A stretch of 64,000 nucleotides of DNA from Selaginella moellendorffii. Lineage: Eukaryota; Plantae; Lycopodiophyta. The stretch spans positions 1-64,000 of the forward strand of contig NW_003314378.1 in assembly GCF_000143415.4 (NCBI RefSeq), in the 5' to 3' direction. The notes beneath the pieces were generated by a model that had not been told where the DNA came from, did no database searches, and was given only the letters and a program-made list of their open reading frames with translations. A program made the position numbers and the translations under genes. Shown piece by piece: positions 13,301 to 26,944 of this stretch. The first letter of the stretch is position 1. Every line of letters begins with the position of its first letter.

Positions 13301-15511
13301 ACTTTGTTTTCTTTGTTGCTCTTCCAGATCCCAGGTTCATCACATGTAGACTTGTGCATGGGTCATAATTTCTCTAGGTGGCAATCTCAATTGTCTGGAA
13401 GCTCAAGTTTCTTCAGGTTTTGCCATGATTATTCCACTCCATCTTTACATCACTTCCATCACACTTTCCCTCCCATCCTTTCCCCTTTTCATAATCATTG
13501 TTTACATTTCTATTCATTTCCTACACCATTGCCTGTTCTTTTCACATTACCTCTTTCATCTTTCCACTTGGTACCACGGTTTAGCTAGGCATATTTCAGT
13601 GTTTTACAGGCACAGAGTATTCATATAGATGGCCTCCATCATCAAGTAGAGTTTCAGTAGGAGAGACATAATCATCTCCAACTTTTAGTAGCAACCTTCT
13701 TGAATATTACAATTTTGACACATATAGCAGTGGAAGTGCTCATCTTGCTTAGACATTTTTGCCATCCATGGAGAATTGTAGGCAAAGCACTCGGCATTAA
13801 ACAACTATGAGATGTAGTGTGGTGCCATTAGAGGTGCCCAAGTGAGATCTTGCGTAGATGGTGCTTCAAGATTGGAATTGATGGCTTATAGTGGTGTGAG
13901 GACAAGATCACTCCACTCAATCAAAGGTGCATTCGATCCAATAGGTTGTGGTGATGGCTTTTACTCTTGTGCAGCCCTAGGTGGCATTTGAGCTACTATA
14001 CATTGCTTTAGAGTTGAGCTTGGAGTGTTGGCACATCTTGGCGAAGGTGTAAACATAGGCATAGAGTGAGTGAAAGGGAAAGAGTGAGAGAGAGAAAACA
14101 AAGCTCCCTAGCTACCTCTAATTTACCTAGGTTGCCTTGCCTTAATACATTAGTCCTCTTGCCTTTGCTTGCTTTTGTATGTAAATGTATTTTTTCCTTG
14201 TTAGCATAGTAACCTTTGTTCATTAATCCTTATGGTTTGCTAACAGAGATCAAAGAATGGGGCAAGAAAAATATAGATATTGCTCTTAGTGTATCTGCCC
14301 TTCTTTTCTTTTCTTCTAAATCTTGTATTGCCTGGAAAAAAATTTTATAGGCTATACTAACAAGATTTTGAGGGAAGACCTACTCCAGAGAAAGAAATAT
14401 CTATCTAATATATCCTTTGATTTCTTTCCTTGAAACTTTTCTATAAAAAAAAAACACTCAGATATATAAGAGTTTTTTTAGCATAAAGACAAAGCTTTCC
14501 TAGGGGACATGTATTTTTCCTCTATTCTAGGTAAATATATCCCTGTCTGAGCTTATTAGGAAAGATTACTTTTTTTATCCATAGTTGTATAGGGAGATGG
14601 AAATAAGATTTTGAGTGATTTTAATATCCCTTCTATCCATTTTGAAAGCCAATTTTACAAGATCCCATAATTAAAGAACCAATCTACCTTTTCATGATCT
14701 TACAAAGTTTGATATCACTTTATAAATTTTTTTTAGATCCTTATCCTTCATTCAGTTGTCCATCTTATTTGTGCACTTAGGTAGCTCATCACAATGAATC
14801 CTTGCAAGGGCTTCATCCACGAGTTTATCCATAGTTTTGTACCCTAAGATATAAATAATATTTATGTTTATATCTTCATGGAGCATGGACCATACTTGAG
14901 TTCACGAGCTGAAGAGTTGAGCTCAATTTTCAATTGTAATTTAGTACAAACATTATAAACTTTAAAATTTTAAAGTTATGGTGAACTTAATAATTTCATA
15001 ACTCTCTATATATTATATAGATAAAAATGTTCTAAAGGACACTTCTTGTTCTAATAATTTAAATATTTACTACATGCAATAATAGAGATGTTAGTTAGAA
15101 CATAAAATAAAATGTTTGCAAAAAGATTATTCTTATCCCTTCTTTAAATTTGAACTCTGTGCTTTCTAGCTAGTAAATGTTAGGTTCGTCAAAATTTTAA
15201 AATTATTAAATTTGAATTAAGATTCTATATAAGGCCATATAACCATTTGAAAGGAAAAAAAACAACTATGATGGTACATATGCTCTCATAATACATTGCA
15301 ATATCACACAGCCGAAAGACTACCATGAAATATTTTTTGAGATGGTAAAAACAAAAATGGAAACTGACGAATACTATGGGTAGTATTGCGAAAAGAACCC
15401 TCGTAAGTATATAAAATGAAAAGTGAAATAATGAAATATTTTTATTAATTATATAAGGTATAATTAGTTTATATTATTGATAGAGAATAAACATCAATAG
15501 TGCTGGAAAAT

Positions 15512-17850
15512 CTAATTAGCTCCAAAAGTTTTCTGCAACTCAGCAATAGTAAGGCTTGTTTGGTGTATATGAATATCCACTTTAGGATCTTGGTCCAAGA
15601 TGTTGATGAAGATGTAGTACATATGCTTGCAAGGAGTATATGCCTTCCCATGTTCTTTGTGCTTTGTGAAGTCTGGACATGTGCAAGAAGGAAAGTCTTG
15701 AATGGCAATTGTGTACTCTCCACCTTTTGTTTTGACTATGTACTCTTTTGCAAGCGCAGTGATGTGCTTTGTGGAGAGAATCTCACACTCAAGTGTTTGA
15801 ACCAAGTTTATTTTACCTTGCTTCTGCTTGGAGACGGTACCAATAAATTTAATTGCCTTACCTTTTTCCGCTGGCCTCCTATGCATCTCTGTAGGAACAG
15901 TCCTGGTTTTATCACTTATGTCTCCAACTCTCCTTTTAAGATTGAAACCAGATTTCTCAAGGTTTTCAATCTCATCCGAGGTGAGCGCAACCCCATTAGC
16001 AACCGGCCATTCTTTAGGTACTACATCAAGTTTACTCACTATAGTGTCTTCAAGCTGCTTTGTATAGTTGACATCAGTGTTGCAGCAATATAACCAACAC
16101 CATCTTGAAAATCCTGCTTGCTTTCGTTCCCTATGGAAACATGGGGCTGGAACAGAAGCCGATTTGTCACCACGGATCCAAGCCCAACACTTGTCCTTTG
16201 GAAGCATCCCCACACACCTTACATTTGATTTTGCTGGCACTCGACGGATTGCCCATTGCTTCGGCTCCACGCTATGATAAACAATTTCAACTTGCTATGA
16301 TGCACTTTCTTCATCAGCCACTTGAGGTGGCTCAGTTCGGGGGCAATATCTTGGAACAGAATGATACTCAACATCAGGCTTGTGAGAGCTTTTTGCTCGT
16401 GCCAACATCTTCACCAACAAAGGAAAAGCGACACTTTGAGTGGACGGTCTTCATATCACTAATAGAAGCTCAGGGAGTGTACTCCATAGATGTGCCACGG
16501 ACCACTTCCTCCACTGCAGTTGCCACTGTTCGTGCTGGTGGAGTCACTTTCTTCTTCATCCGATCTTGTAACATCTTAATCGAAGGTCCTGTTTCTATGT
16601 ATCTTCCTTCCTCAAATGCCAAGGCTTTTGAAGATTGCTCTACAACACGTATCAAATCTGATAGACATGCTTCATATAGACTCATCTTCCCTTTCCCTAC
16701 CTCAGAAGAATGCCAGCTCCAATGTTTACTCTTTGAGAGATTCATAGTTAGGGTGTATGCAAGATCCTCAAGTGGTTGATCCTTATAAAAAGATGATATC
16801 AAAAAGCAATAAAAAGAGAGGAAAAAAAGAAAAACCAACCTAAAAAGAGTGATGTCCCCATTGGAACATTCTGACTTCCCACCACCCCAACTGTAGCACA
16901 TGTGTTTATGGGATGAGATTTGGATATATTGTCACCGTGGATCCTTGGAACCTTGGGGAATAAATGGGGATAAAATAGCCATTAAGTGCTCTCTCATCAA
17001 GCAATTGCCCCTTTTCCAGTTGGCTTAAGGGGAGAGAGATAAGGTGCACTATAGTTGGTATTAGAGAAAATGGCACGGGTTCGATTCCCATTGATTAGTG
17101 GCTACTTAAAAGTATAATATATCCTTGAGCAAAGTATATTTAAATTTGAAATCGTACGTATTGGGCATCCATGCGTACGTCCTTCCTCTTGTGTGGAGTA
17201 TCCACAGACGAAGGTATCCACCGTGGGATTGCGGTATGGGTGGATGATTAGTTACCTCACATAGAATAACTAGTTTACACAATGGAAGGATTGGTAGATT
17301 CAGTACAAAAATGGAGGTGCTGGTTCCCCTTGGCTCAGTAGGGGTTGTTAGTCAATAGTCAATGAGGACATTGACATCTCTGAAGGGGGGGTGAGTGTAG
17401 CGCATGTGATCATGGGATGAGATTTGGATATACTGTCACCGTTTAGTCAATAGTCAACGAGGACATTGACATCTTTGAAGGGGGGGTGAGTGTAGCGCAT
17501 GTGATCATGGGATGAGATTTGGATATACTGTCACCATGTAGTCAATAAGGACATTGACATCTTTGAAGGGGGGGTGAGTGTAGCGCATGTGATCATGGGA
17601 TGAGATTTGGATATACTGTCACCGTGAATCCTTGGAACCTTGGGGGATAAATGGGGATAAAATAGCTACTAAGGGCTCTCTCATCAAACAATTGCCCCTT
17701 TTCCAGTTGGCTTAAGGGGTACTTCAATACAATGTTGGAGAGGGACTTCCAAAATATTTCTTGAGCCATCTGGTCTTGTACTTTAAACTCTGTTGTTGCA
17801 ATTGTCAAGTTACAACGTAGTCTGTGAAAAGGGTAATGCTTAAAACCATT
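15512..17850 (-). pseudogene. SWIM zinc-finger-containing, MULE-like transposase remnant
   Basis: SWIM CTCPDF...CKH (15512-16270); upstream segments NLSKSKHWSW...SLYEACLSDLIR (16470-16790) and LTIATTEFKVQDQMAQEIFWKSL (17720-17830); stops and a TRIM insertion. Family assignment is from motif recall. Confidence 0.6.
16892..17719 (+). mobile_element. TRIM family 1 (162-bp LTR), 3' LTR truncated, PPT-LTR junction triplicated
   Basis: LTR 16892-17053, PBS TGGTATTAGAG, non-coding ~340-bp interior, PPT GAAGGGGGGGTGAG followed by TGTAGCGC three times (~17395, ~17491, ~17579). Confidence 0.88.
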
Positions 17851-17899
17851 TTAAGATAATGAGAAAAAAAACTACCTCAGATCATACACATGAGCTCCC

Positions 17900-20800
17900 A
17901 TGGTTGTCCAACCCGCCACCTGCTCCATATGGTCAAAATGTACCTATGCACAGTAGAGGGACCAAGTCATTCAGGCCCTGCTGGGAGATCCTAGTACCGA
18001 CGGCGCACACCACGACTCACCAACCCCAAAGGAATCCACACGGCTCACTACTCTACTGCCCCACCTCTCTATTGGCACCAGCTCTGGTCCAGCACCCCCA
18101 ACCATCCCAGTAGTTGAGCTCTCCCCTGCCCAGGAAAGTCCACGCCCAACGGAGCACACGTCAGCCTCATTGCAACAGTTCGCAAAAATGAAGGAATAAG
18201 AGGTGTTGTATCTAGGATGGACGCGCATGGAGGAACTACATGTCAAAGTCAACAAGGCAACTTCCAACCGTTCCAATGTGGCGCCCACCCTGTCCGATGT
18301 CACAGTCCCAATTCCTGGGGAGATCTAAGTCAAAGCCAATGAGATCCTCATGGAGCTACAGCAACGCCAAGTCCTAGAAGCCAAGACACTTGTCCTTGCA
18401 ATCTTCGAAGGAGGCAAACCAGATCGGGAGTTAGCCATGCAGTGGTTGGACGAATGCTTCCAAGAGGTAGGAGTTGCTTTTCGGGGTCGACAGGTCATAT
18501 TTCTCGGCCACAACTGCTACAGAATCAAAGTCTGCACCGAGATGAACCGCCACACACTCATCACCACACAACGAATCACAGCCAACCTATGAGTGCTTCT
18601 TCTACCGCTACCCACTGGGCTTCTCACCAAGTCAAAAGGAGACGATCCACCAGCCGACGATGGAACTGGACCTCATCATCGACGACCTCTCCAAAACCAA
18701 CAACACCCCGGTGTTTCTGGCCATGATGGTTGAAGGTTTGTGCAGTACTTGGGGAAAAAAGCCACTCAGGAGGAATCAGGCGGACAGCTCATCCATGTCC
18801 TGTTCACAGGTAAAGCTCCCATCCCCTACAAAATTTGGATGCTTGGCAAGGTATACTTGGTCCACATTGTGGAGTCTCGCACAACACCCACAACCACACC
18901 AGCACCATCCACACAAGTTGAGAGCCGCAAGTGCAAACGAAGCCCGGCCACTCGGACTGGCACCTCAAGGAGACCACCTGGCCGGGACTCAGTGTACCAC
19001 ACCGGGCGCTCACACGGATGGAGAGCTTCGCCCATTCGCTCCTCAGGATGGGGAGCCGATCCATCAGCTCAACGGTTGCCCTCTCCAACCCAGCCTCAAC
19101 TGGAACGGTTGCCGGAAGTGAACACCCAACCCCACGCCAAAGAATCCGCCTCCAGGTCCTCTCAGCGCCTCCAGGTCCGTCTCTGGATGCACGTCAGCAC
19201 CTCACGACCAAGGAGGTACCTGGCGGTGTGGCGTGGCTCGCCCACAGGGTGCACTCTCCCATCCTTCCATATGGCACGGAATCAGCTCCCAGACCAGGGC
19301 CTTCATGTGTTCCTTCAGGCCTCTGAAATCATCAACGACATCTCGTACCGGGTGGAAGTAGACAAGTGCACTATAGTGGGCAGCAACATGGACCTGTACG
19401 CAGCCCTCCTCACCAAAAGCGGTGTCATCCCCGCGAGAGGAGGGAGAGATCGCAAATTCTCGTGGGTAGAATGCGGTCGAATCTCCATCAACAACGACAA
19501 TGACTAATCTCAGCGTGCTTTTGTGGAACGTAGGAGGCATTAGTAAGGACGGAGTGCTATAGAATGACAAGAAGGCGAGGCTACGATAGTACCTTCACCA
19601 GTTAGGAGTAATAGGAAAGTGTGACTTTTTATGTTTCCAGGAGCATAGAATGCAAGAACACCAGACAATCTTTAAGTTTTCACAAGGCGAACACTTCTGG
19701 AACCCTGCCGTTGGAAGGCGAGGAGGAACCCTCATCATCGCTAAAGGACCATGGCAATCCCTAGGCACCTCGAACCAGATCCTAATCCCTGGACACGCTC
19801 ACATGATAGTGATAAAAGTAAATGCCTGAACCATAGGCCTATTGAACATCTACACCCCGGCATCCCGCTCCACCTCATGAGCACACTTCTTCTGAATTCT
19901 GCAGCGTCGTCTTCCAACTGGAATCGACGATTGGATCCTGGCTGGTGACTTCAATTTCGTGGACCACGAGGAGGATAAATGGGGAGGCATAATCCAGGAT
20001 AGATGTACACGTGCGGAACGCCTTGCATGGAACTCATTCCTCTTACAAATTGGCACCTGCGACACTTATGAGATCCCGGCATTTGTGACACATGAACCGC
20101 GCTTCACATGGTGAGAATGCCAACACAGAGGCATACAACGTCGTCTGGACCGCTTCTACCTCACCATGGACCTGTGCATGCAAGGAGGGAAGTTGGACAT
20201 CTACAACACCTACACAGACTTCTCGGACCACCATCCGATTAGACTCACACTTCCCTTTCGAAGATCGAGAGGTCCAAGGAAGCCAGTTGCCATACCCAAG
20301 AAGTTCTTTGAGGAGCAGGCCAACAATAACCGGGCGCACGAGCAATGGGAAAAACACAAGGGGAACATACACTCCTTCACCCTTCAAATCGCTCAAGAGG
20401 CTCAAGCCAAGATCCGGAAAGATAGGAGAGGTGTCTTTAACACAGTCCAAAAGGTTCGGAGAATCCTGACCTCAATCAACACTGACCTTTGCAGCAACCC
20501 GGATGACCAGTGGCTACAAGCTCAAAAAATCCAGGTTAAGCACCAACTGGAAAGGATAGAGGCCGACAAGATGGAAGCCTTCCTAAAAGCAGGACACATC
20601 AGATGGCACGCAAGTGAGCTCGTGCTGAACAAGGAGTTCTATCGATCCATAAGATCTAAAGTTGTCTCCCCGCCAATGTTTGGATTGAAGGATGAACAAG
20701 GGCAACTGCACACAGAGATCGACGACATGCACAACATGGCAGAACACTACCACTCCCAGCTTTTCAAGGAGGAACCATGGGATGAGGTCAGGCAAGAGAA

Positions 20801-22560
20801 ACTTGAGCGAGTGCTGGAGCATATACCGACCAAGTACACCCCAGCAATGAACACCAGACTAATGAGACTTTTCACACTGTGAGAACTAAAGGACGCCCTA
20901 GATGACCTCAAGGACGACAAGATGCCAGGGGAGGACGGCATGCCACCAGCCTTCTACAAACAAAACTGGGAATGGATCGGACCAGAAGTTCTCAAGATGT
21001 GGCAAGAAACCATGCGAGCTGGGAAGTGGCCAGAAGGAGCTATGGATGGGATCATTGTGCTAATACCAAAAAAAGGAGATATGTCCCACCTCAAGAACTG
21101 GAGGCCCATCTCTATGCTCAACACCATATACAGGATCATAGCAAAAGCCTTGGCATCACGTCTCAAGCCTCTGCTCCCAGAAACAATTAAGGAGACACAG
21201 AACGGCTTCGTGGAGGGCAGGAAAATTGTGGACAATCTCCTAACAGTCCTTCTAGTGCAAGAACACACCAAAGACATGGCAGAGCAGATCGCAATCATTC
21301 TCTTGGACTTTGAAAAAGCCTACGACCGGGTGGATTGGAAAGTTCTCCAGGCCATAATGATCAACTAAGGAGTTCCTCTGCAGTTCATGGAATGGACAGC
21401 ATCCCTATACCACTCGGCATCAAGCAGGGTTACAATCAATGGAACCATGGGACAATCCTTCAAACTTGAAAGATCGGTCCACCAAGGATGCCCCCTCGCA
21501 CCATACCTATTCCTGTTCGTTGCAGATGCTCTGGCCTACTACCTCGCCCGACCAGAGGGCCCAAAAGTTATGCCCCTTCCAGGCTGTGGTTCCGCGCTCC
21601 AGGACATGAATGAAGCCTCAAAGGAGGACCTCCTATCCTCAGCCTTTGCAGATGACACAAGCCTGATCGTGGAGGGATCACTAGAGAACCTCTCAAACGT
21701 CAAAAGGGACCTGGACTTCTTCAATGAGGCCATGGGATCAAAAATAAACTGGCACAAATTGGTAGGACTATGGCTCCCCCCCGGCAGACCTCCAACATGG
21801 GGCACGGAGCTGGGTTTCAAATGGCTGGACACGAAGGAGACCACCCGCTACCTTGGATTCCAAGTCGGACGCCAGTATGATCCAGAACCTCAGAACCAAA
21901 AAGCAGTTACAAAACTAAGGGATCAACTCAAGTTCTGGGCGAGCAGAAAACTATCATTCTTAGCACACTGTATGGTGGCAAACAGCATCCTGCTTGGAGC
22001 GATCTAGTTCCTGGCAGCATGTTGGAATATGGACAGACGAATGATCCAGGAAATGTACCAACTCATTCGAACCTATGTCTGGAAAGGCTCCTCCTGTGTC
22101 TCACGTGGTGGAGCAAAGGTCAGCTGGCGGTCAGTAACACTTCTGAAGCACGAAGGAGGCCTCAATATTATTGACATCGAAGAACAATGCAAGGCTCTCC
22201 TCTTCAAGATTTTCACGAGGATGCTCATGCCTGGCAACCAACCATGGAGAACACTGCTGCGAGCACAACTTTTGAAAGTCCTCTTGGATAGGAATGAGCA
22301 CACCAGACAAAACTGGGCGACAGATGAACAATGGCTCTTCTCGGACACCAAACTCAAAATGACAAAGGCTCACACGTTCTCAGGAAAGCTGTTCAAGCTT
22401 TGGAGGCAATTCAAATGCAAGTTGGAACATAAACCACCTCGTACCAAAGAACAACTCGACCGGCAGCCAATTTTCCTTAGCAAACTCTTCGCTGTCAATG
22501 GTAAAATGCTCGGAGCTTCAGAGGATTGCGGCCTGGACCAGACCTGCAGAGACCTGCATA
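17900..22560 (+). mobile_element. L1/Tx1-type LINE, degenerate, 3'-truncated
   Basis: ORF1 remnants ~17900-19500; APE endonuclease (VLLWNVGG, FQEH, WILAGDFNF, RLDRFY, FSDHHPI); RT (PGEDG, NWRPISMLN, LDFEKAYDRV, QGCPLAP, FADD); scattered stops and frameshifts. Confidence 0.92.
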
Positions 22561-22940
22561 GTGGGGCCAAAGGTGATCTATGAGGCAATGGCTAATGCAA
22601 AAATTCAATGAGAATAACAAGTTTGGATTAAAATCTCTAACTTAAAAAGTTAGTGAAACTCCCAAAAAAGTGCCTGAAGAGCGAGCATGAAGCAATTGGT
22701 AAGTAGTCTCAAGAAAGAGACAAAAGAATGACTTACATCTTGTGACACATGGAAGTGTCAAGATTGGGCCCGAGACTTCTAGTGTGAATGTTTCATCACT
22801 TTCCTACAGATCTGGGGCTCCAAACTATTGATGAAGGCCAACCCTAGAAGCTGCTCATTGGGATGATCTCTACCATGAAAGCTTTCCAAGTGTTATTGAA
22901 TCTCACTATATAGTCTGTATAGTCACTATATAGGGGGGAG

Positions 22941-23124
22941 ATATGAAAGTGCACAAGAAGAAACCAAGGGAAAGCGGTGTACCTCCATGGGGTACATCTA
23001 AGGTTTCAAGAAACACTTATGGTTAGAGGGTCTGCCCTCTAACCATGAGTGTTTCTTGAAACCTTAGAGGTACCCCATGGAGGTACACCACTCTCCCTTG
23101 GTTTTTTCTTGTGCACTTTCATAT
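22941..23124. repeat. Long foldback inverted repeat (90-bp arms, 4-nt loop)
   Basis: 22941-23030 is the reverse complement of 23035-23124 with 5 mismatches; loop TCTG. Confidence 0.95.
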
Positions 23125-23142
23125 AGATAGTGCATGGCATGC

Positions 23143-23304
23143 TGTAGCACATATTATTTCTCTCCCCTTAAGCCAATTGAAAAAGGGGTAATTGCTTGAT
23201 GAGAGAGCCCTTAGTGGCTATTTTATCCCCATCTATCCCCCAAGGTTCCAAAGATTCACAGTGACAGTATATCCAAATCTCATCCTATGATCACATGTGT
23301 TACA
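23143..23304 (-). mobile_element. Solo LTR of TRIM family 1
   Basis: Reverse-complement match to 16892-17053; TG...CA; perfect TSD CATGC on both sides. Confidence 0.93.
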
Positions 23305-24729
23305 CATGCCATTTGAGGGGATCAAAAGAGGCAAGTACTCACGAATGATTGTGGATGCCAATGGACAGATGGTTCTAGATTCCATAATTGCAACAACATA
23401 GGCCATCAAGCTTGTGAGCAACTCCCCTCTCAAGACTAACCCCTTGGCACCCAGAGTTTCTCCTTTTAGGGATCAAGAGAGACAAGTTCTTTAGTAACTC
23501 CACTCTCAAGTCGCAAAGATTGATTCTTTGGTACTTGGAGCTTCTCCCATCATCTTTTTGCTAGCTTTCACTCAAGACCATGGCTTGAGCTAGAAGGCTG
23601 CAACTACAAGTACCTCCATGCGAAGACCCTTTTTTTGCTCTTTGTTGGTTTTGTGCATAACAAAACTTCTTGTTGCAGCTCTTTGCTGGTTTCATGCCTT
23701 AACGAAACTCAGCCCAGAGTTGGTTTCCTGGTGAATAAAACCCTTGTTTAACAAAATCTGATTCCAACAGACCCTTGTTCTCATGTCTTATCTCCTCAAA
23801 GCTCACATAGTTGTTGTCTCCAAATTTGCCTTGAAGTTGTCGCTCTACACATGCCTCATGCTCAAAGACTTCTAGTGTGAATGTTTCATCACTTTCCTGC
23901 AGATCTGGGGCTCCAAACTATTGATGAAGACCAACACTAGAAGCTGCTCATTAGGATGATCTCTACCATGAAAGCTTTCCAAGTGTTATTGAATCTCACT
24001 GTATAGTCTTCATCCTCCAATTGCTGCAATCAGAATAACTGCTCCAAGGCCCTTCATAAATGACACCTTTAGTGTGTTGAAATTTGCCACCTCTCTTGGC
24101 AGAAGACTCTTCACCCAGGCCTAAGCTCTCCTGTGCACAGCTAGTGAGTAACATTTGCCTAGACCACTACTTTTGGTGCTGTGGACAATAAGAAAGAACA
24201 AACAGTCTAGAGTGCATAAAATAGCCTATGGAAGTTACTTGTTGGTTAAGCACCAGAGAATGTATTTCACAAGAATTTTATAATCTCAATGGAGTAGAGA
24301 GTTCTTACTTGGAAAGGGTAAAATGTTATAGTGGTGACACCATTCCCCACTATTTGTGTTGATGTGCAATGGCTAAACAATTAATATTTTCAGTGCTATA
24401 CAAATGCCTCAATCTAAATAAGTGTTTGGCCTCATTAGATGCTATGTTTAATATTTGAATATGCTAAGAAGTATACTAGAATATACATTTAAAGACAAAC
24501 CACTGAAATAATAACTAATTTGCTATGTGCTGCATGCAATAACACTTAGTTTTCTTAATAGTAGTGTTAACCCTCTTAACCAAATGGAAATTTATACTAT
24601 AAACATATTTATAATTTAGAAATACAAGAATAATTTTATTGAATATCAACAAACTAATAAGTCTTATATTAATATTACAACAGAAAATTGAAGCCCTTTG
24701 CATAATCATGCATCATGTGAGAATTTAGA

Positions 24730-25010
24730 GTTTGAGTAGATTATTGAAGCAGTGAGTTTAAGCTTTCTTATAGTTGGACATACTCATGAAGATGTAGATG
24801 GACTCTTCAGCCATATGTTGGAATCACTTCAATGGGCAAGTTATTTCATTGTTCCACACTGATGAGATTTCAAAAATGCATTTCACAAAAAGCATATTAG
24901 CTTTATAACTAAGGTTGCAGATTTCAAAGTGCTCTCTCAAAAATGATTTTTGTAAAAAGGGTAGTTACATTCTTATTAGCTACTAAAAGCCTTTAGAGTT
25001 TCATGTTAGC
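24730..25010 (+). pseudogene. DDE transposase remnant with FLxVGHTHEDxD motif (Sola-like)
   Basis: Frame reads IIEAVSLSFLIVGHTHEDVDGLFSHMLESL, then KVADFK; not in the ORF track; stops on both sides. Confidence 0.6.
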
Positions 25011-26766
25011 AAGATAAAACTCTAGTCATGCTTAATGTGGCTTTTAGTTATATCCAAGGTTTTCCATGCCAGCCTAACAATAATAATATTATTGGTAGTA
25101 TTTCTAAAGTTTTGGATGAAGGACATCCCAACATATCCATTGATTAAGAATAACTATACAAAAAGGTGATGATCAGTAATTTTAAATCTTAAGAAGTCCC
25201 ATGATCAATTATGTGAAGGTTTTGGACTTTTTCCATTGGTACAAACTCCAGTGGATGATTCAGATTTAATGCCTATATTATAAACAATATTGAACTCGAA
25301 GTAGATATGTTTATTAAGGATAATCAAAGTTCAACAAGTTCCACCTACCTTAATATGAATGATTTATATTAGTGATTAATATTAAGCACTTATTACAAAT
25401 GATTTAGAGGAAGTTTAAATGTGGAAAATTACAGCTGTTAGATTAGGGAATATCCTAGAATATACTTTAATATTCTAGGTATATTCTTTACACTCTCTCA
25501 TTTTCTAAAGAAAATATACATTTAATATTTATGTATGGCTATAATACCATATACTAGTTCTAGAATAGTAGACATTATAGATGACACAATGTTGTTAGTG
25601 TCATACAAATATAGATGATGATTTTAAAGGACGGCATTACAATAATACACTAGTTTGAGTGCAATTATTTGTGTGGATTGGAGCCTTTTTTGAACATTTT
25701 CAAGTGTGTATTTGGATATGTTGACAATTATAGTGCTACTTTTTAGCAATTGTATCATCTCTATCAAGGGCTATCTAAGTCAGCTATGCAATTTCATGTT
25801 TGCTTCTGGAGCATTTTGCTTTATATAGAACCAAATATGTCAGATTGGATCACATGATATTGAGCTTGGTCTTTTAATATTTGCTAAATAATAGTTTATC
25901 ATGTCTACTAAGACACCCTCTCTATTATGCCTAGTGGATTCTTTCTTTGATGATGATTATGCATCTCTTTATTGATGGAATGATTGATGATGTTTCATGA
26001 TAATTAGTTATTCTCTTTGATGGCTTTTGGCTTTTCTCATTACCATATGTTTTTTGTAGTTTGCTCTAGATTAATTTCTTAGGTTTGAGATATAAGTTGA
26101 ATGTTGTTTACACTTGTTTAACAAACTTGAGTTCCTTAGTATAGTTAACTGAGATCTATTCGGATTGGCTGGTATAATGGTTGGCATGAATGAGTATTTG
26201 TTTAATTTGCAATATTCATTCTATTTTATTGATTGTTACTACAGTTAGTTTTAATAGATTTAAATGTTATTTTTTTAAGTGATATATTTATGAGCATTTT
26301 GCTTGTCAGTCAATAATATTTGATGTTCTTTGAGCTATCTTTCTTAAGTTGTTTGATGTGCTATCTACAATCTTTCATAGTTAAACTTTCTTATTGAGTT
26401 TTCTTGATAATAAACTTACTATTAAATTTTGTTGATTGGTTAATCCTATAACTTTAACCTTTTATGATCTTAGTGGTTCCTATACTCTATTTTATACTAG
26501 TTTATCAAATGATAACTGCATAAGACTACTTTTGTGTTCTAATCTAGGATCTATTGAGGAATCTATTTTTTGTATGCCACTTTCATTTGTGTTGGGACCG
26601 ATTGATCAAGCATTTCATTCTCATGAGCTTACTGATGCATCATAACATAGGAAGCATCTAACGAAGTCACTATATCCACCTGACTATCCAATAAAGGTCG
26701 AGAGCCATGATTCACCTCTACAAACTCCACAACATATCAAAACTTGTTGTAGATCATTTTCATACT

Positions 26767-26944
26767 ATCACCTTTTGAGAGGGTTGATGCCCGAGCACCC
26801 TCATCTCGATGCTGCGAAGTTCTATGAGAAGGTTTATTCTGCTCTTTTTTGTCTTTTTTCTTGATGTGATGAGAAGTTTTTTTATGTTTGTTACAGGTGA
26901 ATCAAGATCTCACCCAAACCGATCTCCGTGATACAATAAGGAAC
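26767..26944 (+). repeat. 178-bp intron-containing copy of part of the CR-like gene (=31668-31845)
   Basis: Near-identical (1 mismatch seen), spanning the exon 3 end, the 65-nt intron and the exon 4 start. Confidence 0.95.

Larger units (their letters stand above)
22773..24009 (+). repeat. 144-bp direct repeat pair (22773-22916 and 23866-24009)
   Basis: agacttctagtgtgaatg...gaatctcactRtatagtct present twice with few mismatches. Confidence 0.9.

Noticed and set aside
15500-16779. Long plus-strand ORFs (197 and 224 aa)
   Set aside because: Antisense shadows of the SWIM gene.
16892-17053. Cassandra-type 5S rRNA domain in the TRIM LTRs
   Set aside because: No 5S A/C-box similarity visible in either TRIM family.
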